This document shows positions 6,870 to 14,837 of a stretch of 35,252 nucleotides of DNA, piece after piece. The DNA comes from Rhodothermales bacterium (GTDB lineage Bacteria; Bacteroidota; Rhodothermia; Rhodothermales; Rubricoccaceae). Made by a program: the position numbers and the translations under genes. Position 1 is the stretch's first letter; each line of letters begins with the position of its first letter. Under the pieces are notes generated by a model. That model was not told the origin of the DNA. It was given only the letters and a program-made list of their open reading frames with translations, and made no database searches. The stretch lies in contig JBBSUZ010000001.1 in the NCBI GenBank assembly GCA_038233965.1, positions 1 through 35,252 of the forward strand. Reading direction: 5' to 3'.

Positions 6870-6943
6870 TGGGCGGTGAGGGACTCGAACCCCCGGCCTA
6901 CTCGGTGTAAACGAGCCGCTCTAACCAGCTGAGCTAACCGCCC
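6870..6943 (-). tRNA. tRNA-Val (anticodon TAC)
   Basis: The reverse complement GGGCGGTTAGCTCAGCTGGTTAGAGCGGCTCGTTTACACCGAGTAGGCCGGGGGTTCGAGTCCCTCACCGCCCA folds as a 74-nt cloverleaf. The anticodon loop is TTTACAC and the T-loop is GGTTCGAGTCC. Confidence 0.95.
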
Positions 6944-6951
6944 GACACGCG

Positions 6952-6977
6952 CGAGGCCCGGCTTTCACCGGGCCTCG
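6952..6977 (-). other. 10-bp stem-loop in the tRNA-Gly/tRNA-Val spacer
   Basis: CGAGGCCCGG (6952-6961), a 6-nt loop, then CCGGGCCTCG (6968-6977). This fills most of the 35-nt spacer. Confidence 0.5.
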
Positions 6978-6978
6978 G

Positions 6979-7051
6979 AGCGGGAAACGGGATTCGAACC
7001 CGCGACCCTCAGCTTGGGAAGCTGATGCTCTACCAACTGAGCTATTCCCGC
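6979..7051 (-). tRNA. tRNA-Gly (anticodon CCC)
   Basis: The reverse complement GCGGGAATAGCTCAGTTGGTAGAGCATCAGCTTCCCAAGCTGAGGGTCGCGGGTTCGAATCCCGTTTCCCGCT folds as a 73-nt cloverleaf. The anticodon loop is TTCCCAA. Confidence 0.95.
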
Positions 7052-7080
7052 AAGCCGCCCGGACGCCCGGGCGGGAGACG

Positions 7081-7110
7081 AAGCTACGCGACGCGGGGCA
7101 CGGGGGGCAA
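7081..7110 (-). promoter_or_regulatory. Candidate promoter of the tRNA-Gly/tRNA-Val operon (TTGCCC-18 nt-TAGCTT)
   Basis: On the minus strand the -35-like TTGCCC is at 7105-7110 and the -10-like TAGCTT is at 7081-7086. The layout and the GC-rich leader hairpin match those upstream of tRNA-Ala. Confidence 0.35.
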
Positions 7111-7287
7111 CCCGCCGACCATGTCGGGCCAGCGGGCTGGCCGGAAGTCAACGTCCCTTCACCGAGTCACGGCCTAGGCGGGCGTATCATCGCCGCACGG
7201 CCGTCCGAGTGGCGCACTGAGGTGTGCAGCGCGGGCGGCGATTTTGTCTCTGACCTTTCCGGCCCGGCTCGCCCGGCCCGCCTCCCG

Positions 7288-7443
7288 ATGAAGCGCACCT
7301 ACCAGCCCAGCCGCCGCAAGCGGGCCAACAAGCACGGCTTCCGCTCCCGCATGGCCACCAAGAACGGCCGCAACGTTCTCGCCCGCCGCCGCGCGAAGGG
7401 CCGTCACGCCCTGACGGTTCACGACACGAAGGCTAGCAAGTAG
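7288..7443 (+). CDS. rpmH: 50S ribosomal protein L34
   Basis: [44 protein letters not shown] is the canonical L34 sequence. I used the internal ATG at 7288 of the 7222-7443 ORF. Confidence 0.95.
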   Translation: MKRTYQPSRRKRANKHGFRSRMATKNGRNVLARRRAKGRHALTVHDTKASK

Positions 7444-7447
7444 GCCC

Positions 7448-7936
7448 GTGGCGGCTCTCCCCGACGACCGCGCGCCCCGGCTCCACGCCTTCCCGCGCGG
7501 GCGCCGTCTGAAGCGCCGCCGCCTGCTCCGGCCCCTCTTCGACCGCGCCCGGCCCGACGTCGGGCGCGTTCGTGTCGGGCCGGTCGTGCTGCTGACGCGC
7601 GTCGTCGCCCGCGCCGAGACCGGGGCCGATAGCCCCGTTCAAGTGGCCTTCGCCCCGGGCCGCATCGTCCGCGGAGCCGGCCGGGTCCGCCTGCGGCGCG
7701 TGATGCGCGAGACCTTCCGGCTGCACCAGCAGCCGCTCGTCGATGCCTTCGCCGGCCGCCCGGACTGCCTCTCGGCCGTCGTCCTCTTTCGCGGGCCGGC
7801 CGCGACGGCCGAGGCCGACGTCCGGCGGTGCCTCCCCGAGGCCCTCCGCCGCGCCGCCGACCGCCACGCCAGCCGGCCCGTCGCCGCGCTCCGGCACCCC
7901 GACGCGGACCGCACCTCTGGCCCGCCGGCCGCGTAG
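7448..7936 (+). CDS. rnpA: Ribonuclease P protein component
   Basis: The position immediately after rpmH, a GTG start, a basic N-terminus RLKRRRLLRPLFDR and VAFAPGRIVRGAGRVRLRRVMRE fit RnpA. It has a longer C-terminal tail than usual. Confidence 0.8.
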   Translation: MAALPDDRAPRLHAFPRGRRLKRRRLLRPLFDRARPDVGRVRVGPVVLLTRVVARAETGADSPVQVAFAPGRIVRGAGRVRLRRVMRETFRLHQQPLVDAFAGRPDCLSAVVLFRGPAATAEADVRRCLPEALRRAADRHASRPVAALRHPDADRTSGPPAA

Positions 7937-7975
7937 CGCGGCCTCCCCAACCCGCGCCCCGGCGCGCCCGACTAC

Positions 7976-9880
7976 GTGGAACCGCAGGGATTCGACCGCA
8001 ACGCGCTCATCGGCATCCTCCTGATGTCGCTGCTGCTCGGCGTCTGGATGGTCTACACCGCGCCGACGCGCGACCAGGCCGCCCGCCAGCAGACCATCGC
8101 CGACTCGACCGCTGCGGCCGAGACGCGCACGCAGGACGCCTCGCCCGACGACGCCGAGATCGGGCCGGCCGCGCCGGGCGTGCTCACCGCCCCGACCGAC
8201 TCCACCTTCGCCAGTGCCGGCGACTCGACGGCCGGCCCGGGCCGCCTCGTGACGGTCCGCACGGACAAGTACGAGGCGACGTTCTCGACGCGCGGCGGCA
8301 CGCTCGTCCGCTTCCGCCTGCTCGGCTTCAACCATGCGTCGACGGCCGAGCCGGTCGAGCTCGTCTCGGCGCGCAACGGCGCGCTCGGCGTCGGCTTCGT
8401 CCCGCCGCAGGGCGCCTACCTCGACACGCGGACGCTCGCGTTCGCGCCGAGCGTCGGCGCCACGCCGTTCGCGGGCGATACGCTCCGCGCGACGGACGGC
8501 CCGGCCGAGCTCCGCTTCGAGACGCGCATGCCCGGCCAGAACGGCCGCCCCGGCGCGCTCCGCTTCGTCTACTCCTTCGCCCCGGACTCGTACGACGTCG
8601 GGATGCGCGTCGAGGCCGTCGGGACGGACGCGCTCGCGCGCGGCTCCTACGACCTCGCGTGGAACGGCGCGCTCCCGCTCGCCGAGGAGGACCCCAAAGG
8701 CGAGACCACGCAGGCCGGCGCCTATCTCCGCTCCGGCGGCGAGACCGAGTCCATCCACCTCCGCAAGCCCATCACCGCCGACCCGATCGAGCGCACGGGC
8801 AACGTGGACTGGGTCGCGGTGAAGACCAAGTTCTTCATCGCCGCCGTCATCCCGACGGCGCCGACGGTCGCGGCCGGCGCCCGCCTCACGGGCCAGCAGG
8901 TCGGCACGGCCGGCGAGTCCGGCTTCTCGCAGGACTTCACGGCCACGCTCGAGATGCCGGCCCTCGCGGCCGGGCAGGCGCAGGCGCTCACGCTCTACCT
9001 CGGCCCGCTCGAGCTGCGCCGCCTCGCGACCGACGGCCTCTACGACACGGTCGACTTCGGCTTCGGCGGCTTCATCACGCGGCCGATCGCGCGCTACGTC
9101 TTCGCGCCGCTGTTCGCCTTCCTCTCGACGTTCATCGCGAGCTATGGCCTCGTCATCATCCTCTTCGCGCTGATCGTGAAGCTGGTGCTGTGGCCGCTCA
9201 CGAGCGCGTCCTACCGCTCGGCGGCCAAGATGCGCGAGCTCCAGCCCGAGCTCGCCGCGCTCAAGGAGCAGTTCCCGGACGACCAGCAGAAGCAGCAGGA
9301 GGGCATGATGCGGCTCTACAAGGAGCGCGGCGTCAACCCGCTCGGCGGCTGCCTGCCGATGCTGCTCCAGTACCCGATCCTGATCGCGCTGTGGCGCTAC
9401 TTCCAGAGCACGCTCGTCCTCCGCGGCGAGTCGTTCCTGTGGGCGCACGACCTCTCGGCGCCGGACGTCATCGCGATGCTGCCGTTCCGGATTCCGGCCT
9501 ACGGCGACCACGTCTCGGGCTTCACGCTGCTCATGGCGGCGTCCATGATCGCGACGATGAAGCTCTCGCAGCCGTCGGGCAACGCCGTCACGGGCCAGCA
9601 GAAGGCGTTTCTGTACCTGATGCCGGTGATGTTCCTGTTCTTCTTCAACGGCTTCCCGGCCGGCCTGAGCCTCTACTACCTCGCGTTCAACATCTTCTCG
9701 GTCGTCCAGCAGCGGATCGTGAACAACCAGGTCCACGCGCAGGCGCAGAAGGGCGAGATCCCGGGCATCGGCGCCGCCGTGACGGTCAAGGGCACGCCGA
9801 AGGCGAAGACCAACGGCCGCGCGGGCAGCATCACGTCGCGCGCCGTCGCGGACGCCGCCGCGCGCCGAAAGAAAAAGTAG
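7976..9880 (+). CDS. yidC: Membrane protein insertase YidC (long, Bacteroidota-like form)
   Basis: 634 aa. It has an N-terminal TM segment (FDRNALIGILLMSLLLGVWMVY), a large periplasmic domain and the conserved C-terminal core (NPLGGCLPMLLQYPILIALW, GLSLYYLAFNIFSVVQQ). Synteny is rpmH-rnpA-yidC-mnmE. Confidence 0.95.
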   Translation: MEPQGFDRNALIGILLMSLLLGVWMVYTAPTRDQAARQQTIADSTAAAETRTQDASPDDAEIGPAAPGVLTAPTDSTFASAGDSTAGPGRLVTVRTDKYEATFSTRGGTLVRFRLLGFNHASTAEPVELVSARNGALGVGFVPPQGAYLDTRTLAFAPSVGATPFAGDTLRATDGPAELRFETRMPGQNGRPGALRFVYSFAPDSYDVGMRVEAVGTDALARGSYDLAWNGALPLAEEDPKGETTQAGAYLRSGGETESIHLRKPITADPIERTGNVDWVAVKTKFFIAAVIPTAPTVAAGARLTGQQVGTAGESGFSQDFTATLEMPALAAGQAQALTLYLGPLELRRLATDGLYDTVDFGFGGFITRPIARYVFAPLFAFLSTFIASYGLVIILFALIVKLVLWPLTSASYRSAAKMRELQPELAALKEQFPDDQQKQQEGMMRLYKERGVNPLGGCLPMLLQYPILIALWRYFQSTLVLRGESFLWAHDLSAPDVIAMLPFRIPAYGDHVSGFTLLMAASMIATMKLSQPSGNAVTGQQKAFLYLMPVMFLFFFNGFPAGLSLYYLAFNIFSVVQQRIVNNQVHAQAQKGEIPGIGAAVTVKGTPKAKTNGRAGSITSRAVADAAARRKKK

Positions 9881-9902
9881 AGACGCCCCGCCGGGGCGTC
9901 TC
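9880..9902. repeat. REP-like GC hairpin GAGACGCCCC-GCC-GGGGCGTCTC
   Basis: Perfect 10-bp stem starting at the last base of the yidC stop codon. Related copies are at 10001-10023 and 21849-21886, with a half-site at about 9930-9940. Confidence 0.7.
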
Positions 9903-10000
9903 GGACGGGCCGCGACGTCTTCACCACGCCGGGGCGTCTTGAGCAACCTGCCGGTCATCTCCGACCGACGACCAAAGCACCTGGCAGGGCGCGCTGGCCG

Positions 10001-10023
10001 GAGACGCCCCAGCTGGGCGTCTC
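10001..10023. repeat. REP-like GC hairpin GAGACGCCC-CAGCT-GGGCGTCTC
   Basis: 9-bp perfect stem with the same core motif as 9880-9902, in the yidC-mnmE spacer. Confidence 0.7.
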
Positions 10024-10051
10024 TACGGGCGGACCCTCTCACCGACTGCCG

Positions 10052-11422
10052 ATGGCGGACGACGCTCCCATCATCGCCCTCGCGACGGCCCGAGGCGCGT
10101 CCGCGCTGGCCGTCGTGCGCGTCTCGGGCGCGGGCGCGGTCGAACTCGTCGCCTCGCGCTTCTCGCGTCCCGACCTCGCCGATGCGCCGGGCCACTCGGT
10201 CCACACGGGCTGGATCGTGGACGCCGCGGGCGAGCGCGTGGACCAGGTCGTCGTGACGGTCTTCCGCGCGCCGCGCTCGGCCACGGGCGAGGACACGGCC
10301 GAGGTCACGACGCACGGCGGCGACGCCGCGCCGCTCGCCGTGCTGCGCGCGCTCGTCGGCGCGGGTGCGCGGCCGGCCGCACCGGGCGAGTTCACGCAGC
10401 GCGCCTTCCTGAACGGCAAGCTGGACCTCGCGCAGGCCGAGGCCGTCGCCGACCTCATCCATGCGACCGGCACGCGCGGCGCCCGCGCCGCCGTCGCGCA
10501 GATGCAGGGCCGCATCGGGGACGCCGTCGCGGACGTCCGCGAACACCTCGTCGACGTCGCGGCGCTGATCACGCTCGAGCTCGACTTCGCCGAGGAGGAT
10601 GTCGACTTCGCGGACCGCGCCGACCTGGCCGTCCGCCTCGACGCGGCCGACGCCCGCCTCGCCGAGTTGCTCTCGACGGCGCGCCTCGGGGCACTTCTCC
10701 GCGACGGCGCGCGCGTCGTGCTCGCCGGGCGGCCCAACGCGGGCAAGTCCACGCTCGCCAACGCGCTCGCCGGCCGCGAGCGCTCCATCGTCTCGGACGT
10801 CCCGGGCACCACGCGCGACGCCGTCGAGACGGACGTCGAGATCGACGGCTTGCGCGTGCGTCTCGTCGATACCGCGGGCCTGCGGGAGACGGACGACGCG
10901 ATCGAGGCCGAGGGCACACGCCGCGCCCGACAGGCCCTCGAGTCCGCCGACGCCGTCCTCTACCTCGCCGACGCCGGCGCCGGCCTCGACGCCGACGAAC
11001 GCGCCGACCTCGACGCGCTCGCCGCGTCCCGCCCGGACCTGCCCGTCCTGCGCGTCGCGAGCCGGTCGGACCGCGTCGCCGCTCCGCACCCGACACTCGT
11101 CGGCGCGCTGGCCGTCTCGGGCCGCGACGCTGCGGCCGACCCCGCGCTGCTCGACCCGCTCCGGGCGTCCATCCTCGCCGCCCTCCGCGCCGACGATGCG
11201 ACCGACGATGCCCGCGCCGTCAACGAGCGCCACCGCGCCTGCCTCGCCGACGCGCAGGCGGCCGTCCACCGGGCGCAGGCCGCGCTCGCGCGCGGGACAG
11301 ACGCGGACCTGCTCGCGCTCGACCTCCGCGACGCGCTCCACGCCCTCGGCCTCGTCACGGGTGCCGTCACGGCGGACGACGTCCTCGGGGCCGTCTTCTC
11401 GCGCTTCTGCATCGGCAAGTAG
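10052..11422 (+). CDS. mnmE: tRNA modification GTPase MnmE
   Basis: 456 aa. N-terminal IIALATARGASALAVVRVSG, G-domain GRPNAGKSTLANAL and DTAGLRET, and the diagnostic C-terminal FCIGK. Confidence 0.95.
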   Translation: MADDAPIIALATARGASALAVVRVSGAGAVELVASRFSRPDLADAPGHSVHTGWIVDAAGERVDQVVVTVFRAPRSATGEDTAEVTTHGGDAAPLAVLRALVGAGARPAAPGEFTQRAFLNGKLDLAQAEAVADLIHATGTRGARAAVAQMQGRIGDAVADVREHLVDVAALITLELDFAEEDVDFADRADLAVRLDAADARLAELLSTARLGALLRDGARVVLAGRPNAGKSTLANALAGRERSIVSDVPGTTRDAVETDVEIDGLRVRLVDTAGLRETDDAIEAEGTRRARQALESADAVLYLADAGAGLDADERADLDALAASRPDLPVLRVASRSDRVAAPHPTLVGALAVSGRDAAADPALLDPLRASILAALRADDATDDARAVNERHRACLADAQAAVHRAQAALARGTDADLLALDLRDALHALGLVTGAVTADDVLGAVFSRFCIGK

Positions 11423-11428
11423 CCGACG

Positions 11429-11896
11429 CTACGCCAGCGCCAGCGCCTCCGGCGCGCGCTCCATGTGCACCGACGCGTTCGCGTACGTCAGCCGCCACGT
11501 GTCGAGCTGCTCCTCGGTCAGCCGGTCGATCAGCGCCGCGACCTCGTCGATCGACTCGTCGACGTCGGCGAAGAGCAGGCGGATCGTCTCGGGGTCGGGC
11601 CTCTCCGAGACCCACATCTTCATCGCCGCGAGCTGGTTCAGCACCTGGTCGCGCAGCATCTCGCGGACCTCGACGATGACCTGGCTGCGCAGTGAGCGCT
11701 CACGGCGGCTGTTGGCCCACGCGATGAGGCCGTGGATCAGGCCGATCGCGATCGCCGTCGCGAAGATGGCCACGGCGACCGGCACGTCCCGCAGTGACAT
11801 CACCCCGGCCATCGTGACGAACCCGGCCGTCAGCACGACGACGTAGATCTCGACGCGCCGGACGAGATGACGAGTGACGGGAGAGGCGGCCTGCAT
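11429..11896 (-). CDS. Hypothetical membrane protein (2 TM segments plus a cytoplasmic helical domain)
   Basis: ORF 11429-11935, with the start probably at the internal ATG at 11896 (MQAASPVTRH...). Hydrophobic segments are VEIYVVVLTAGFVTMAGV and VAVAIFATAIAIGLIHGLIAW. It is convergent with mnmE. Confidence 0.55.
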   Translation of the reverse strand: MQAASPVTRHLVRRVEIYVVVLTAGFVTMAGVMSLRDVPVAVAIFATAIAIGLIHGLIAWANSRRERSLRSQVIVEVREMLRDQVLNQLAAMKMWVSERPDPETIRLLFADVDESIDEVAALIDRLTEEQLDTWRLTYANASVHMERAPEALALA

Positions 11897-12440
11897 GCAT
11901 ATCGAGATTGACACGTCAAACGGAATCGGATGCATCGGGGCATCTTTCAGTCAGCGCGCCGGATGGGGGCGTCTGCGTTGCGCCAGAACCGAGTGAACCG
12001 AACCTGTCGGGCGCATGAGTGAGCCACGTGGCTGCGCTGGCGCTCTGCGCAAACGGCCGACGTGGAGATCGGTGAACGGCTGACGGTGTAGCGCGGCCGA
12101 CCCGCCTACGTTTCGGGCGTGTCCATCCGGTCTTTCGATGACGATGCTCCACGCGGCCCTCGGTACCCCGATCTGCACGCCGTCCGATGCTCGCCTCGGT
12201 CCGGTCGAGACGCGCCTCATGGCGGCCCTCTTCGACGCCGACGGCGCGACCGAGAGCGCGCGCTATCACGCCCACGCTCGACGCGCTGACCCGGCGCGGA
12301 CTCGTCGACCAGGCCGCGAGCCGCGTCTGGTTGACCGCCGGCGGCTTCGCGCTCCGCCGCGCGACCGGTCCGGGACGGCCGGCCGATGCCGGACCGCGGT
12401 CGTAGGATGCCGGGCCCGCCCCGCCCACGACTGCGCCCCC

Positions 12441-13187
12441 GTGATCAAGCTGTTCCTCGCCGACATCGACGGCTGCCTCTCCGAGCCGTACCGCCCGTTC
12501 CGCCTCGATGCCTTCGCCCGCCTGCGCGCCCACGTCGAGCGCGCCGAGACGGACGCGGGCGTGCCGCGCTTCGGCCTGTGCTCGGGCCGCAGCTACGCCT
12601 ACGTCGAGGCGACGGCGCAGGCCGTCGGCGTCCGCGCGCCGGTCCTGTTCGAGAGCGGCGGCGGCCGCTTCGACCTGCCCGCCGCGCGCATCACGTGGCA
12701 CCCGGACCTCACGCCGGCCGTCGAGGCCGAGCTCGCGGCCGTCCGCGGGTTCATGACCGCGACCGTCGTCCCGCGCGCCGAGACCGTCTCGTACGACTAC
12801 GGCAAGCGCGCGCAGGCCGGCATCGTCAGCCCCGTCGTCGGCGAGTGCGACGCGTTTCTGCCCGAGATCGAGGCGTTCGTCGCCGCGCACACGCCCGCGC
12901 TCGTCGCCTACCGGACGCCGTACTCGGTCGACGTCGTCCCGCGCGCGCTGACGAAGGTGCGCGCGATCGAGTGGCTGGCCGGGCAGGAGGGGCTCTCGAT
13001 GGACGAGATCGCCTTCGTCGGCGACACCGTCGGCGACGCGGCGGCGCTGCGGGCGGTCGGGGCCGGCTTCGCGCCCGCCAACGCCGATGCCGAGGCCCGA
13101 GCGGCCGCGACCGTCGTCACGCGCGGGGCTGTGCTCGACGGCGTCGAGGAGGCGTTCGCGATGTGTCTGGCCGCGAACGGGGCGTGA
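12441..13187 (+). CDS. HAD-superfamily hydrolase (HAD-IIB/Cof-like phosphatase)
   Basis: A GTG at 12441 gives VIKLFLADIDGCL (motif I DxDG). Motif IV is FVGDTVGDAAAL. The upstream part of the 12138-13187 ORF looks non-coding. Confidence 0.8.
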   Translation: MIKLFLADIDGCLSEPYRPFRLDAFARLRAHVERAETDAGVPRFGLCSGRSYAYVEATAQAVGVRAPVLFESGGGRFDLPAARITWHPDLTPAVEAELAAVRGFMTATVVPRAETVSYDYGKRAQAGIVSPVVGECDAFLPEIEAFVAAHTPALVAYRTPYSVDVVPRALTKVRAIEWLAGQEGLSMDEIAFVGDTVGDAAALRAVGAGFAPANADAEARAAATVVTRGAVLDGVEEAFAMCLAANGA

Positions 13188-13285
13188 CCGGGCGCCGCCG
13201 GATGCTCTTTTCGGTGCCCTTCGTGCGCTCGGGGTTTGATCTCGCGTTGGTGCTGCCGATACCTTGGCGCCCCACCGCAGGCCCG

Positions 13286-14125
13286 ATGCGCACCGTCCCG
13301 ACCCGTCTCCGCTCGTTCGCTGTCGCTGCCGCCCTCCTCATCGGGCCGGCCGCCGTGGCACAGCCGGCGGCCACGTCGAGCACGGGCGGCCCGAGCCTCG
13401 CCTCGGACCGTGCGCACGCGGCCCGCACGCCGCGCTCGCCCGACGCCGCGACGGCGCCGGCGTTCTACGTCGTCGCGGCCGGCACGTCGATGCGCCGCAC
13501 GCCTTCGGCGACGGCCCCGGCCGTCGAAACGCTGCGGCTGCGCGAGGGCGTCCGCGTGCTCGGCGACACGCTCGCCGGCGGCCGCCAGTGGGCCCGCGTC
13601 GCCTTCGGCGGCAGCCGCGGCTACGTCCCCGCCGAGGCGCTCTCGAACGTCTGGATCCGCGTCGACAAGTCCGACCGGACGCTCTACGTCTACCACGGCG
13701 CCGAGCTCGTCCGCACGCTCCCCGCCGACGTCGCCGTCTCCGACGGCGACAAGGTGCGCCGCTCGGGGCAGGACGAGCGCGAGCACTGGCGCATGCCCGA
13801 GGGCGTCTTCTACGTCGTCGGCCGCAACGACCGCTCGTCGTACTACCGCGCCTTCGTGCTGTCGTACCCGGACCCGGTCCACGCGCTGCGCGGCCTCGAA
13901 CAGGGGCTGATCACCGAGGCGACGTACCAGGCCATCGTCCGCGCCGACGCCGACGGCGTCGCGCCGCCGATGGGCACGTCGCTCGGCGGCCTCATCGAGG
14001 TCCACGGCTCGGGCTCGGGTCGCCGCGAGGCGTGGACGCGCGGCTGCGTCGCACTCCGCAACGTCCACATGGACGACCTGTGGGACATCGTGCAGGTCGG
14101 GACGCCGGTCGTGATCGAGCCGTAA
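13286..14125 (+). CDS. L,D-transpeptidase (YkuD domain) with N-terminal SH3b-like domain, secreted
   Basis: Signal peptide MRTVPTRLRSFAVAAALLIGPAAVAQ. SH3b-like segment YVVAAGTSMRRTPS...WARVAFGGSRGYVPAEAL. YkuD catalytic pattern EVHGSGSGRREAWTRGCVALRN (His...Gly-Cys). Confidence 0.85.
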   Translation: MRTVPTRLRSFAVAAALLIGPAAVAQPAATSSTGGPSLASDRAHAARTPRSPDAATAPAFYVVAAGTSMRRTPSATAPAVETLRLREGVRVLGDTLAGGRQWARVAFGGSRGYVPAEALSNVWIRVDKSDRTLYVYHGAELVRTLPADVAVSDGDKVRRSGQDEREHWRMPEGVFYVVGRNDRSSYYRAFVLSYPDPVHALRGLEQGLITEATYQAIVRADADGVAPPMGTSLGGLIEVHGSGSGRREAWTRGCVALRNVHMDDLWDIVQVGTPVVIEP

Positions 14126-14198
14126 GGGCACGCCGCCGGGGCTTGACGGCCGACGGGTTCGGGCGGGATGTTGCCGGCCCACACCCGCACGCCGCTCC

Positions 14199-14657
14199 AT
14201 GTCCCGTTTCGCTCTCGCATTCGCCCTCCTCGCCACGCTCTCCGCCTGCGACAGGTCTGGCCCCGATTCGGCATTCGACGGACTCTCGGGCAACCCCGCG
14301 CTGCTCGCCGGGACGTGGACGTGGGAGCGCACGACGAACTGCGGCGACGGCTCCGGGGGCTGCACCGACACGACGCCTGCCTCGACCGGGCGCGCCGAGA
14401 CGCTCACGTTCACGCACACGCCCGAGGCGGCGTTGCAGGACGGAACCGTCGCCGGCTACTTCAACGGCTCTGCGCTCGACCTTACGCCGTACCAGGTCAT
14501 CACGGCCGTGATCGACTATGCGGACCGGTCCGAAGGGGTCTACTTCCTGTCGCTCGAGACCCGTGGGCAGGTTCGGTTTGGCGTATCGGCCGACCGCCTC
14601 GTGATCTCGGATGCCGCCGTCGACGGTCCGACAACGACGTATCGCCGGCGGCGCTAG
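14199..14657 (+). CDS. Hypothetical lipoprotein
   Basis: Lipobox in MSRFALAFALLATLSAC. GC3-rich codon usage in this frame. No recognised domain. Confidence 0.7.
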   Translation: MSRFALAFALLATLSACDRSGPDSAFDGLSGNPALLAGTWTWERTTNCGDGSGGCTDTTPASTGRAETLTFTHTPEAALQDGTVAGYFNGSALDLTPYQVITAVIDYADRSEGVYFLSLETRGQVRFGVSADRLVISDAAVDGPTTTYRRRR

Positions 14658-14837
14658 CTCTTCAACCAGGTGCTCCGGATGGGTGCGCCAGACCAGGTTT
14701 TTCTCGCCCCTCCGGAAAGAGATGTCCGGCAGGACAGAGAGGGGCGAGCAGCGAGAGGCCAGAGGCGACGTGACGCTGCGCTAGCGCAACACCGCCCGGC
14801 GGCGGGGCGTACCCGGACCGTGCCCACGCCCCACCCG

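Noticed and set aside
6658-6879. A 73-aa plus-strand ORF between the AT-rich cargo gene and tRNA-Val, which could hold an integrase remnant or att-site gene.
   Set aside because: It has no recombinase-like motif, it runs into the tRNA-Val gene, and its composition is unconvincing. I treat it as non-coding junction sequence.
7937-7975. A yidD gene, expected in many bacteria between rnpA and yidC.
   Set aside because: The spacer is only 39 nt. None of the overlapping frames (for example 7743-8024) shows the Cys-containing YidD pattern. It appears to be absent here or located elsewhere.
7433-11341. A 1302-aa minus-strand ORF spanning the rpmH-rnpA-yidC-mnmE region. Similar very long ORFs are 26434-29370 (+), 12908-14419 (-), 14781-16397 (-), 22556-24436 (+), 19587-20861 (-), 19718-21058 (+) and 10599-11846 (+).
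   Set aside because: They are Arg/Gly/Ala/Asp/Pro-dominated low-complexity translations lying antisense or out of frame to genes with unmistakable conserved motifs. These are the stop-codon-poor shadow frames expected at ~70% GC.
12386-13285. The first about 300 codons of the 579-aa ORF (12386-14125), which would fuse the HAD region to the L,D-transpeptidase.
   Set aside because: This part is an off-frame Arg/Pro-rich read-through of the HAD hydrolase gene. The real protein starts at 13286 with a signal peptide.
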